Of a DNA stretch of 25,030 nt, positions 7,161-15,292 are shown piece after piece (the first letter of the stretch is position 1; each line of letters starts with the position of its first letter). Origin of the DNA: a virus (taxonomy: Duplodnaviria; Caudoviricetes). The position numbers were made by a program, and so were the translations under genes. The stretch lies in IMG/VR virus record IMGVR_UViG_3300026626_000004, positions 1 through 25,030 of that record; one strand, written 5' to 3'. Under the pieces are notes generated by a model, which saw only the letters and a program-made list of their open reading frames with translations, searched no databases and was not told the origin of the DNA.

Positions 7161-7758
7161 TGTTCAAGAAGACAGTGTAAATGCAATGGATAGGGAAGAA
7201 CTCTCTATCCTTGCAGCTAACAAAGGACAGCTTGTAGACGAGTTCGGAAAACCTGGGTTATACATGGACGACAATTTTAGAGTTTTAAATTATGGAAGAT
7301 ATTCAAAAAGACAACAACAAAGAGAATTAATGAAAAAGAAAAATAGATTATCTAGGCAAAACGAAAGGATAATAAAGGCAATTCAAAAAGAAACTAACAT
7401 GCACAGATATGATGTAGTAAGATTTTTGCTGACTTATAAAAATGCTTTAAGAAAAGAATTCATGAACGATCAGTTTTTTTATAAGCTAACAGATAATGAA
7501 GTTAAAAAGCTAATATTTTTTATAAAAGAAAAGCCTTATTTAAGAGTTTTGCTAAGGTATAAAGAACTTAACGAAGCAAAGGAATACGCAGATACTCATA
7601 TCACTCAGCACGAAATCGTAGGATATGATGAAGTAACTTCTTATAGACAATTCCAGATAAGGAACGCTCATAAAACAGAGAAAATCGGAGGAACAAACTT
7701 TTATCCAATTTCAGAAAAAGAAAAAATTGAATCTAAAATAAGGGAGTGGTTAAAATAA
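7147..7758 (+). CDS. Hypothetical protein, possibly DNA-binding (203 aa)
   Basis: GAGGTG RBS; basic; weak HU-like helical segment and winged-helix-like C-terminus. Confidence 0.7.
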   Translation: MIFVDVQEDSVNAMDREELSILAANKGQLVDEFGKPGLYMDDNFRVLNYGRYSKRQQQRELMKKKNRLSRQNERIIKAIQKETNMHRYDVVRFLLTYKNALRKEFMNDQFFYKLTDNEVKKLIFFIKEKPYLRVLLRYKELNEAKEYADTHITQHEIVGYDEVTSYRQFQIRNAHKTEKIGGTNFYPISEKEKIESKIREWLK

Positions 7759-8168
7759 CAATTTACTTTGAAAATAAAGAACTTAGAACAGAAAAGAAAT
7801 ATTTTGATGATGCTGGAATTGATTTGAAAGCTAAGGAGAAAATTACTATTCAACCTGGAGAAATTGTGGCAGTGCCAACAGGGGTAACTTCTGTTTTAGA
7901 TGAAGGAACTTATGGCCAAGTAGTTGGAAGATCCTCGATGAATTTAAAAGGGATTGATTGTAAAATTGGAACTATTGATGCTTCTTATAGAGGTGAAATT
8001 AAAGTAGTTTTGCATAACTTAAATAAAGAACCGGTTATTATAGAAAAGTATGACAGAATAGCTCAAATGATAATCAAAAATTGTCATTTAGACTATAAGG
8101 AAATAATAGGAGTTGCACCTTCTGATACTGAAAGGGGGTCAAATGGATTTGGCAGTACAGGAAGATAG
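7746..8168 (+). CDS. dut: Trimeric dUTPase
   Basis: All five motifs: AGIDL, GRSS, GTIDASYRGEI, RIAQM, RGSNGFGSTG. Confidence 0.95.
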   Translation: MVKITIYFENKELRTEKKYFDDAGIDLKAKEKITIQPGEIVAVPTGVTSVLDEGTYGQVVGRSSMNLKGIDCKIGTIDASYRGEIKVVLHNLNKEPVIIEKYDRIAQMIIKNCHLDYKEIIGVAPSDTERGSNGFGSTGR

Positions 8169-8541
8169 AATAAGCTCAAAGGAATACAGAAAATTAATAT
8201 CAAATAAGAAGAAAAGAAAGTACAGAAATAAGATAGTAACTCTCGATGGACACAAATTTGACAGTCAGAAAGAAGCACAATACTACGCAGAGTTAAAGAT
8301 TTTAAAATCTAAAGGAATAGTTAAAAAAATAGAATTACAGCCGAAGTTTTTACTACAGGAAGGATTTACGAAAAATGGTGAAAGGCACAGAGCAATAAAC
8401 TATATAGCAGATTTTAGAATAACTTACGCAGATGGATCTATCGAGATAGTAGACGTAAAAGGAACTAAGACTAATGTCTATAAGCTGAAAAAGAAGTTGT
8501 TTGAGAAGAAGTATCCAGAGCTTACTATTAAGGAGGTGTAA
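8143..8541 (+). CDS. DUF1064-family PD-(D/E)xK nuclease-like protein
   Basis: KYRNK...DGHKFDSQKEAQYY..L...LQPKF...YIADF...IVDVKG...YKLKKKLF. ATG 8143 follows AAGGGGG. Confidence 0.85.
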   Translation: MDLAVQEDRISSKEYRKLISNKKKRKYRNKIVTLDGHKFDSQKEAQYYAELKILKSKGIVKKIELQPKFLLQEGFTKNGERHRAINYIADFRITYADGSIEIVDVKGTKTNVYKLKKKLFEKKYPELTIKEV

Positions 8542-8561
8542 GGATATATAAAATAATAAAA

Positions 8562-9221
8562 ATGTTCGAAAGTCTACAAGGTAAGTATAATCTTTGGAGT
8601 GTATTTACTGATTGGCTTGAAATGGCTTCAATTACTTTTGAAAATATAATTTTAAAAGATCCAGAAAAAGAAAAAAGGTATCTTGAAATTTATAATAAAT
8701 ATTCTAAAAAAGAACAAGAGATTTTTCCTAAGATTTTGGGTGAGTTAATAATGGCATTTGATAAAGAATACGAAGATCATCTAGGTAAGATTTATATGGA
8801 AATGTCAATATATAACAAAGGAACAGGACAATTTTTTACACCATATAATCTAAGCAAATTAACCGCTCAATTAGTAGGAATAGAAGAAAAAGCTACAATC
8901 ACTATAGATGAACCAGCTGTAGGTAGTGGAGGAATGGTTATCGCATACGCAGAACATTTACTAAAAAAAGGAATAAACCCTCAAAGTCGGTTAATCATAT
9001 CAGCTTCAGATAAAGATATTAATTGTGTAAGAATGTCACATATACAGCTATCTATTTTAGGACTTAGAGCTAAAATTTTTCATAGAGATACATTAGCAAT
9101 GAATACATGGAAAGTTATATATACTCCTTTTTATTATGCACCAGCTAGTAGTTACACAAAAAGAAAAGAACCAGAAACAAATAAAGAGGGAGTGTATAAA
9201 TTATTTCAAGAGGTGGGATAG
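8562..9221 (+). CDS. N-6 DNA methylase-like protein (HsdM-like, C-terminally short)
   Basis: GQFFTP, DEPAVGSGGM (motif I), DKDINC; no NPP(Y/F) motif IV. Confidence 0.8.
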   Translation: MFESLQGKYNLWSVFTDWLEMASITFENIILKDPEKEKRYLEIYNKYSKKEQEIFPKILGELIMAFDKEYEDHLGKIYMEMSIYNKGTGQFFTPYNLSKLTAQLVGIEEKATITIDEPAVGSGGMVIAYAEHLLKKGINPQSRLIISASDKDINCVRMSHIQLSILGLRAKIFHRDTLAMNTWKVIYTPFYYAPASSYTKRKEPETNKEGVYKLFQEVG

Positions 9222-9222
9222 A

Positions 9223-9678
9223 ATGAATAAAAAAGAAATAAAAGAAGAGCTTAGACATTTGCACGAAATGATAGAAACAATACTTAAGACAGATAGATTA
9301 GCAACAAATAAAATAAAAGATTTAGAAAAAACTCAAGAGTTAATTAATGAAGATATAAGCGAACTCATAGAACATATAAAAGATTTAGAAAAAGAAAAAG
9401 TGGATTTAGATTTCATTCCTGGACACATATACTATGGAACTGTTGCCGATAATGAAAAAATGTATTCACACAATATTTTTTATTGTTTTAAACAAGATGG
9501 TGAGAAAAAACTTATAACAAAAGATGGGAGAATTTTTAATATAAAAACATCTAATTTTACAGGGATACAAAATATAACTTCTGATACACAAAAAGAAATT
9601 ATAGATAGAATAAATGATAGAGATAGAAGAATAGAAGAACAAGGCATTTTACACAATAAGATAGAAGATCAAAAATAA
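9223..9678 (+). CDS. Hypothetical protein with N-terminal coiled coil
   Basis: ATG 9223 follows GAGGTGGG just past the upstream stop; the 9136 start in the track is unlikely. Confidence 0.7.
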   Translation: MNKKEIKEELRHLHEMIETILKTDRLATNKIKDLEKTQELINEDISELIEHIKDLEKEKVDLDFIPGHIYYGTVADNEKMYSHNIFYCFKQDGEKKLITKDGRIFNIKTSNFTGIQNITSDTQKEIIDRINDRDRRIEEQGILHNKIEDQK

Positions 9679-9707
9679 AAAATCCTCCCTGCTAGCCCCA
9701 GGGAGGA
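9677..9707 (-). terminator. Minus-strand intrinsic terminator
   Basis: 9-bp stem TCCTCCCTG/CAGGGAGGA (9683-9707). The T6 tail follows only on the minus strand; the + strand has an A-run. Confidence 0.7.
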
Positions 9708-9731
9708 AAAAGAAACAACTTAACCTAATAA

Positions 9732-9742
9732 ATTATATCACA
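9732..9742 (-). promoter_or_regulatory. Extended -10 promoter on the minus strand (TGTGATATAAT), abutting the late-regulator RBS
   Basis: Perfect TGnTATAAT, identical to 4084-4094. Confidence 0.6.
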
Positions 9743-9754
9743 GGAGGTTAAGAC

Positions 9755-10204
9755 ATGCCAGTTTTATTATACTTTGAAAAAAGAGAAATTGAACAAATGC
9801 TTCAAAGATATAAACCGAGCCTTCAAAAGATCATGCAAAGGCCACTTAATTTGTATATGGCAAATCATGAGATACAAATAGAAAGCTTTATTCCTGGTGG
9901 GATAGATAAACCAACAACAGGGAAACCAAAAGATTTTGAGTCAATGCTTAAAGAAGGATATAGCAAGGAATTAGTTGACTCTATTGCTATTTACTCACTC
10001 GTAGAAGAGTGGATGAAGATACTTAAAAGTCATGAAAGAGAAGTTTTGTTTCACCGATATATTAATCATGATTTTGAAATAAAAGGTAAGAGATATAAAT
10101 GTTTATCTTTAAGGGAAACAGCACAAAAAATGAATATCTCTAAATCTTCTGTGGAGAATTACGAAAGAGAAGCAATCAAGAAGATAGAGATATACAACGC
10201 TTAG
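9755..10204 (+). CDS. Late transcription regulator with sigma70 region-4-like HTH (ArpU/RinA-like position)
   Basis: LKSHEREVLFHRY...SLRETAQKMNISKSSVENYEREAIKKI; sits at the middle/late gene boundary. Confidence 0.82.
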   Translation: MPVLLYFEKREIEQMLQRYKPSLQKIMQRPLNLYMANHEIQIESFIPGGIDKPTTGKPKDFESMLKEGYSKELVDSIAIYSLVEEWMKILKSHEREVLFHRYINHDFEIKGKRYKCLSLRETAQKMNISKSSVENYEREAIKKIEIYNA

Positions 10205-10215
10205 GAGGAATAATT

Positions 10216-10428
10216 ATGGAAGAACAAAAGTTAAAGCTAGGTGATTTAGTGCGATGCATAAGTTTTCAAGATGATTATAATACAGAAATTGGTAGAATAG
10301 TAGGGAAGCATAAAAGCGGAAGACAATGGGAAGTAAAGTTATTTAATCATGCTTTTACCAAACATTTTTTTACCGAAAAATTAGAAAAGATAACTAAAAA
10401 ACAAGCAATCAAAGAATTAGGTCTATAA
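10216..10428 (+). CDS. Hypothetical small SH3/KOW-like beta-barrel protein
   Basis: LKLGDLVRC...GRIVG...WEVKL...LEKI pattern; AGGAGG RBS. Confidence 0.65.
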   Translation: MEEQKLKLGDLVRCISFQDDYNTEIGRIVGKHKSGRQWEVKLFNHAFTKHFFTEKLEKITKKQAIKELGL

Positions 10429-10429
10429 T

Positions 10430-10459
10430 TTGACTGATTTGGACAAAATATGGTATAAT
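10430..10459 (+). promoter_or_regulatory. Probable late promoter
   Basis: TTGACT (10430-10435), 18-bp spacer, TATAAT (10454-10459) with TG extension; upstream of the packaging genes. Confidence 0.7.
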
Positions 10460-10484
10460 TTGATAAGATGCATACAGTATGTGG

Positions 10485-10513
10485 AGAGCCGACTAAAAAA
10501 TCGGCTCTTTTTT
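10485..10513 (+). terminator. Intrinsic terminator just downstream of the late promoter
   Basis: AGAGCCGA/TCGGCTCT stem followed by a T-run. Confidence 0.75.
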
Positions 10514-10522
10514 AATGGTAAC

Positions 10523-10588
10523 AAACCTCGGCCATCACTTGAAAAAGTGGTACCATGATTATTCATGGGGATGGATCCGAGGTTTTTT
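10523..10588 (+). ncRNA. Candidate three-way-junction structured RNA
   Basis: AAACCTCGG/CCGAGGTTT and CCATC/GATGG closing stems enclose ACTT-GAAA-AAGT and CCATGA-TTAT-TCATGG hairpins; followed by a T-run. Confidence 0.5.
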
Positions 10589-10603
10589 ATTAGGGGGATA
10601 GAT

Positions 10604-10939
10604 ATGAAACCAATACCAAAACCAATACATGATTATGTTTGGCAAAGAGATGGTGGTCGTTGCCGTTTTTGTGGATTAGAGGGTGAACACGTTCATCATA
10701 TATATTCCAGGTATTCTCAAATTCCTGCACATTTAAAAATACAAGAAACGATTAACAACAATCACCCAGACAACTTAATTCTCTTATGTTCAAAACATCA
10801 TTTTCGTGTTCATAACGGGAATATAGTTTATGATAAAGTGAAAGAAATTGAAATAAGCAGGCAGAGAGCTAAGTTGGTTAAAACAACAACAAAATTAATA
10901 GAGTGTCTTATAAAAAATAAAAGCAAATTAGCTAAATAG
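10604..10939 (+). CDS. HNH endonuclease (phage packaging-associated type)
   Basis: VWQRDGGRCRFCG...HVHHI...NHPDNLILLCSKHHFRVH. ATG 10604 follows AGGGGGA. Confidence 0.88.
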   Translation: MKPIPKPIHDYVWQRDGGRCRFCGLEGEHVHHIYSRYSQIPAHLKIQETINNNHPDNLILLCSKHHFRVHNGNIVYDKVKEIEISRQRAKLVKTTTKLIECLIKNKSKLAK

Positions 10940-11030
10940 TCAAAGCATGTGAGACTTTTTTCTCTTTTACGATAAATTAACCACATAATAATAACGATTG
11001 AAATATGAGCCTCTGAGAGGGAGGTGCGAT

Positions 11031-11234
11031 ATGGATAAAAATAATATAGAGTTTTCGGCAATTATAGCTCCGATTCAAACAGGTATAACTATAGGACTTG
11101 ATGGAGCAAGAATAAAGTTAGATATACCCGAAAGTGAAAGTGCAGCTTATCATAAACTTTCTGCTTTTGGAAGAGGAAAAATACTCAAGGTTAAGATAGA
11201 AATTGTTGAAGATCAGCAAGATAATGGTTGGTAA
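11031..11234 (+). CDS. Hypothetical protein (67 aa)
   Basis: GGGAGGTG RBS before ATG 11031. Confidence 0.7.
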   Translation: MDKNNIEFSAIIAPIQTGITIGLDGARIKLDIPESESAAYHKLSAFGRGKILKVKIEIVEDQQDNGW

Positions 11235-11237
11235 GAA

Positions 11238-11285
11238 ACTGTTAAGGAATAACATAACACTGTTAAATATAACATATCATAACGG
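11238..11285. repeat. Tandem pair of palindromic TGTTA-N4/5-TAACA units upstream of terS
   Basis: ACTGTTAAGGAATAACATA (11238-11256) and ACTGTTAAATATAACATA (11259-11276). Confidence 0.65.
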
Positions 11286-11306
11286 AAAATATAAGGAGGT
11301 GATGAC

Positions 11307-11732
11307 ATGCCAAGAATATCTAAAATAGTGCAGTTTGAACTAGAAAACGAGGTGTTAAGTTTAGCATCACAAGGTATGTCATCAAGAGAAATTTCAAAAG
11401 AGATAAAAAAGAAAGAGAATAAAAATATTTCTTATGTTGCTATAAATAAATTTTTACAAGAGACAAGAGAAGAGAGAGCGGAGTCTAGTAAAAGAACAAT
11501 ACAAGAACATATTCAAAAAAGTATTCCAGATGATTTGCAAAACTTAGATGATATGAATAATAAACTTTTAGAATGGTTTAACGATGAAAATCTTAAAAAG
11601 TCTAGACGGCTTCAAGTATATAATTCCTTACTAAAAGGTATAGAACTAAAATTAAAACATTCTGGGGCAGAAGAGAACACTGTAGATGATGTTTTAGATA
11701 AGATTAGATCTAAGTGGGGATTAGATAAATGA
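11307..11732 (+). CDS. terS: Terminase small subunit (putative)
   Basis: N-terminal HTH (GMSSREISKEI...ISYVAINKF); ATGA overlap with terL. Confidence 0.72.
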   Translation: MPRISKIVQFELENEVLSLASQGMSSREISKEIKKKENKNISYVAINKFLQETREERAESSKRTIQEHIQKSIPDDLQNLDDMNNKLLEWFNDENLKKSRRLQVYNSLLKGIELKLKHSGAEENTVDDVLDKIRSKWGLDK

Positions 11733-12976
11733 CACTTGAAGGCAAGAAACAATATTTAAAAGATATAGGAGCTAACTTGCATGATGGTGGACAAATAGAC
11801 GCTTTCTTTTCAGAAGCAAGATTTAAAGTTCTCGACAATGGCAGACGTTGGGGAAAATCTTTATATGCTTCAATAGAAGCTATACCTTATGCTTTCATGA
11901 AAAATAAAATGGTTTGGATTGTAGCTCCTACTTATGAACTAACAAAAAAGGTTTTTAGAGAAATATATAACTACATTAACCCCAGAGAATTTATATGGAA
12001 AAAAAAGGGTAGATGCACTATGTCGAAGAGTGAGCTGTTTATTGAAACTAATACAGGCACTCAATTCGTAGGAAAATCAGCAGATAACCCTAAATCACTC
12101 GTTGGTGAAGGTGTTGATTTGCTAATAATTGATGAAGCTGCAATGATTCCAGAGAAAATATGGACTGAATCTTTAAGGCCAACACTAACAGATAAAAAAG
12201 GTAGAGCTATTATTATTTCTACTCCTAAAGGTAAAAACTGGTTTTTTCATTTATATACAAGAGGTCAAGATCAGTTATTTGAAAATTATGTTAGTTGGAA
12301 ACATCCAACTTGGCATAACCCTTTTATAGATTCAAAAGAAATAGATGAAGCAAGAGGGTCATTACCAGAGAGAATATTTCAGCAAGAATATGAAGCAGAA
12401 TTTTTAGACGATACTGGTGGAGTTTTCAGAGGAGTTAGAAAGAACATAAGAAAAACATTGAGAGAAGCTAAACCAGGAGAACATTTTTTTATTGGTGTCG
12501 ATTTGGCTAAATACATGGATTTTACAGTGATAACTGTTCTTGATGAGCTTGGTAACCTTGTTTATTTTGATAGATTTAATCAAGTAGATTGGAGCTTACA
12601 AAAACAAAGAATTAAAAGTGTATATAAGCAATATCCTGGAAAAATAACTATAGATTCTACAGGTGTTGGAGATCCTATTTATGAAGATTTAAGGAATGAA
12701 AGAATTAATATTGATTCTTTTAAGTTTAACAATAGCAGTAAAACGGATTTAATAAACAATCTTTCAATATCTATAGAACAGAACAAGATACATTATGAAG
12801 ATATACCTGTTTTAATTAATGAATTAGAGATATATGCTTATGAACTAACCCCTTCAAGAAACTTAAAAATGAATGCTCCAGCAGGATATCATGATGATTG
12901 TGTTATTTCTCTTGCTTTAGCTGAATGGGGAAGAAGTAATATATCTATGTATTCAGAAGAGGAAATAGAATGGTGA
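11729..12976 (+). CDS. terL: Terminase large subunit
   Basis: Walker A GRRWGKS, Walker B LIIDEAA, ISTPKG coupling motif, nuclease GVDLA...IDSTGVG...HDDCV. Confidence 0.95.
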   Translation: MTLEGKKQYLKDIGANLHDGGQIDAFFSEARFKVLDNGRRWGKSLYASIEAIPYAFMKNKMVWIVAPTYELTKKVFREIYNYINPREFIWKKKGRCTMSKSELFIETNTGTQFVGKSADNPKSLVGEGVDLLIIDEAAMIPEKIWTESLRPTLTDKKGRAIIISTPKGKNWFFHLYTRGQDQLFENYVSWKHPTWHNPFIDSKEIDEARGSLPERIFQQEYEAEFLDDTGGVFRGVRKNIRKTLREAKPGEHFFIGVDLAKYMDFTVITVLDELGNLVYFDRFNQVDWSLQKQRIKSVYKQYPGKITIDSTGVGDPIYEDLRNERINIDSFKFNNSSKTDLINNLSISIEQNKIHYEDIPVLINELEIYAYELTPSRNLKMNAPAGYHDDCVISLALAEWGRSNISMYSEEEIEW

Positions 12977-12985
12977 GGTGATTAA

Positions 12986-14203
12986 ATGAGATATCACGAT
13001 ACGATAGATAATAAGTTACTTTTAGAGTTATATAAAGATGAATTTGAGTATGATGATAAAAGTAATATAGCCCTTGTATATAACTATGTCCCTAAATTTA
13101 TTCTGCTATCAATAGCTCTTACAATGCAGAAAAAACTACATTTAATAGGTGAAAAAGAAAAAGATAATCAAATAGAAGATATTTGGAAAATATGGGAACA
13201 AAATAATATGCAAACGCTTAAATATAAAATAGCTTTGCATTATTTTTTATTTAAGGAAGTAAATCTTGAAGCAGTTTGGGAAGGTGAAGATAAAATAACT
13301 GGAACAAGAATTATACTTCACGATCCAGACAGTGTAAAGATTGAAAAACTAGGGGATCAGATAATAAAAGTTACTATAAATTCTAAAGAATTAGATGAAA
13401 ATGGTAAAACGGTTAATATAAAAAAGATTTTAACTAGAAATACAATTTCAATTCAAAGAGGGGAAGAAAATCCAGAAATTAAAGATAATTTATATGATTC
13501 AATACCTTTCGTTCATATCGAAAACTCTAACTATAGAATAAAAAGTTTAATAAGACTTCAAGATACAGAGAATAGGTATGAGGGATATTTAGATGCTCTT
13601 TTTGATTTACATGCCGATCCAATTTTATTTGATGATTTAGGTGAAGCATTTAGAGCTAAAGAATTGAAAAAAGAAACTTCTATAAAAATAAGTAATGACA
13701 AAACAAAGATTAGAAAGTTCTTGCATTATCCTCGAGATAGTAAAGGTGCGAGCATGCTTGAAAGCAATGGAGCTATGGCTCAAAGAATTCAAGAACAACA
13801 AGATAAAATATGGGATAAAATTAAAAGGTTATACCCAGAAATAGTCTTAATGGAAATGCTTCAATCTTCTGGTAATATAACTGGTGTTGGTTTGGATAAA
13901 AAATTAATTGAAATAACTACAAGTATTAATTATGCCCGAGGAGAAATAAAGAACGCTCTTGAAGAATTAAATGAACTTATAGGATGGTTAGTAAATAACA
14001 ATAAAAGTAAAACTCAGATAGATTTCGAGGATATTATTCCAAAATCTTTTAATGATATTATTCAAGAAGTTTCAAAAGCTACTGGGTTATTGTCTAAAGA
14101 TTGGCAGTTAAATAGGTTAGAAAATAATGGAATAATAAATTCAGCTGAAGAGGAACTAAAAAAACAAAAAAAAGAAGTACAAGCTAACCCGATGGGTTGG
14201 TGA
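12986..14203 (+). CDS. Portal protein (SPP1 gp6-like)
   Basis: Position after terL; 405 aa; IWKIWEQNNM, IPFVHIEN, SGNITGVGL features. Confidence 0.8.
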   Translation: MRYHDTIDNKLLLELYKDEFEYDDKSNIALVYNYVPKFILLSIALTMQKKLHLIGEKEKDNQIEDIWKIWEQNNMQTLKYKIALHYFLFKEVNLEAVWEGEDKITGTRIILHDPDSVKIEKLGDQIIKVTINSKELDENGKTVNIKKILTRNTISIQRGEENPEIKDNLYDSIPFVHIENSNYRIKSLIRLQDTENRYEGYLDALFDLHADPILFDDLGEAFRAKELKKETSIKISNDKTKIRKFLHYPRDSKGASMLESNGAMAQRIQEQQDKIWDKIKRLYPEIVLMEMLQSSGNITGVGLDKKLIEITTSINYARGEIKNALEELNELIGWLVNNNKSKTQIDFEDIIPKSFNDIIQEVSKATGLLSKDWQLNRLENNGIINSAEEELKKQKKEVQANPMGW

Positions 14204-14207
14204 TTAG

Positions 14208-15137
14208 ATGACACAAGAAGAATTCTACGATAAATTTAATATGCAAAGAAGAGCGTTTTTGAATACATCTATAAAAAAGCTTGAAAAGAAATACAATAAA
14301 GAATATGAGAAACTTTTTAAAGAATTAAACTACAATATATCTCATAAAATATCTAAATATAAAGATGAAAACAATAATTACAGATCACTTCATCTAACAA
14401 AAATGAAAAAAGATATTGATGATGAGATAAGAAAATTTAACAAAGAATGGAATTTACAACATAAAGATTTATTAAAAAGAGCAAGTATAAAAGCATTAGA
14501 GGATACTAAAGCAATATATAAAAACTTTTCTCTTGATGTCTTAACTGAAAATGTGAAGTGGAACAAAAACATAATGGATTATCTCATTGCTTATAAGGCT
14601 CAAGATGGTTTAAAAATATCAGATAGATTATGGGGACACTCAAAACAAATAAGAGATAATCTAATTAATACTTTGCAAAAAAATATTTTAGCTGGTGAAT
14701 CTGTATGGGATACAATGATGGAGTTAAAAAACAATCCTAATGTTGAAATACCAAAATATTTGAGAGAACAGTTTCACTTAATGGGAGATGAACAAATTCA
14801 AAAAACTGTTGACCTTTATACAGTCAAAAAAACAAATTACATGACAAGAAGATTAGTTGAGTCTGAAATTGAAAGAGCATACAGGACTACTAATCAGAAA
14901 CTTGTTGAAGGAAAAGAGTGGATCAAAGGCTTAAAGTGGAATTTATCTTCAAAACACAAGCATGGTGAATATGACTGTGTATGTGAAGATAATTCGACAG
15001 CTAATGATTTCAAAATGGGAAAAGGAGTTTATCCTCCAAAATATTATCCGCCTGCTCCCGCACATCCTTGGTGTAAATGTTATGATTCTGAAGTTTTTAA
15101 TGATGAAATAATACAAAAAATTGAGAATGTAGATTAA
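14208..15137 (+). CDS. Minor head / head morphogenesis protein (SPP1 gp7 / Mu gpF-like)
   Basis: ISDRLW, RRLVESEIERAY, CVCED...PPAPAHPWCKC motif. Confidence 0.85.
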   Translation: MTQEEFYDKFNMQRRAFLNTSIKKLEKKYNKEYEKLFKELNYNISHKISKYKDENNNYRSLHLTKMKKDIDDEIRKFNKEWNLQHKDLLKRASIKALEDTKAIYKNFSLDVLTENVKWNKNIMDYLIAYKAQDGLKISDRLWGHSKQIRDNLINTLQKNILAGESVWDTMMELKNNPNVEIPKYLREQFHLMGDEQIQKTVDLYTVKKTNYMTRRLVESEIERAYRTTNQKLVEGKEWIKGLKWNLSSKHKHGEYDCVCEDNSTANDFKMGKGVYPPKYYPPAPAHPWCKCYDSEVFNDEIIQKIENVD

Positions 15138-15169
15138 TTCTCATTGAATTGATGCCATTGCCCTCCTTA

Positions 15170-15196
15170 GGAGCCCCTTTTATAGGGGCTTTTTTT
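15170..15196 (+). terminator. Intrinsic terminator after the minor head gene
   Basis: AGCCCCT/AGGGGCT stem followed by a T-run. Confidence 0.75.
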
Positions 15197-15292
15197 AATG
15201 TTAGAGGGTAATTAATCATATTTCTTCAATAAATCTAATATAAAGGCAATTATAAAGAGGTTAAAAAATCAATATTATAGGAGGTAGTGAAA

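Noticed and set aside
4612-9221. Restriction-modification system or DNA hypermodification cluster
   Set aside because: No restriction subunit, glycosyltransferase, kinase or deazaguanine genes. ThyX plus dUTPase are adequately explained as dTTP supply.
10523-10939. Structured RNA plus HNH ORF as a HEARO/IscB (OMEGA) system or self-cleaving ribozyme
   Set aside because: The HNH protein is only 111 aa with no RuvC or PLMP segments, the RNA is far shorter than an omega RNA, and no hammerhead or HDV core is evident.
15090-15170. Minus-strand small gene following AAGGAGGG (possible type I toxin)
   Set aside because: The nearest ATG is 2 nt from the SD and gives only 5 codons.
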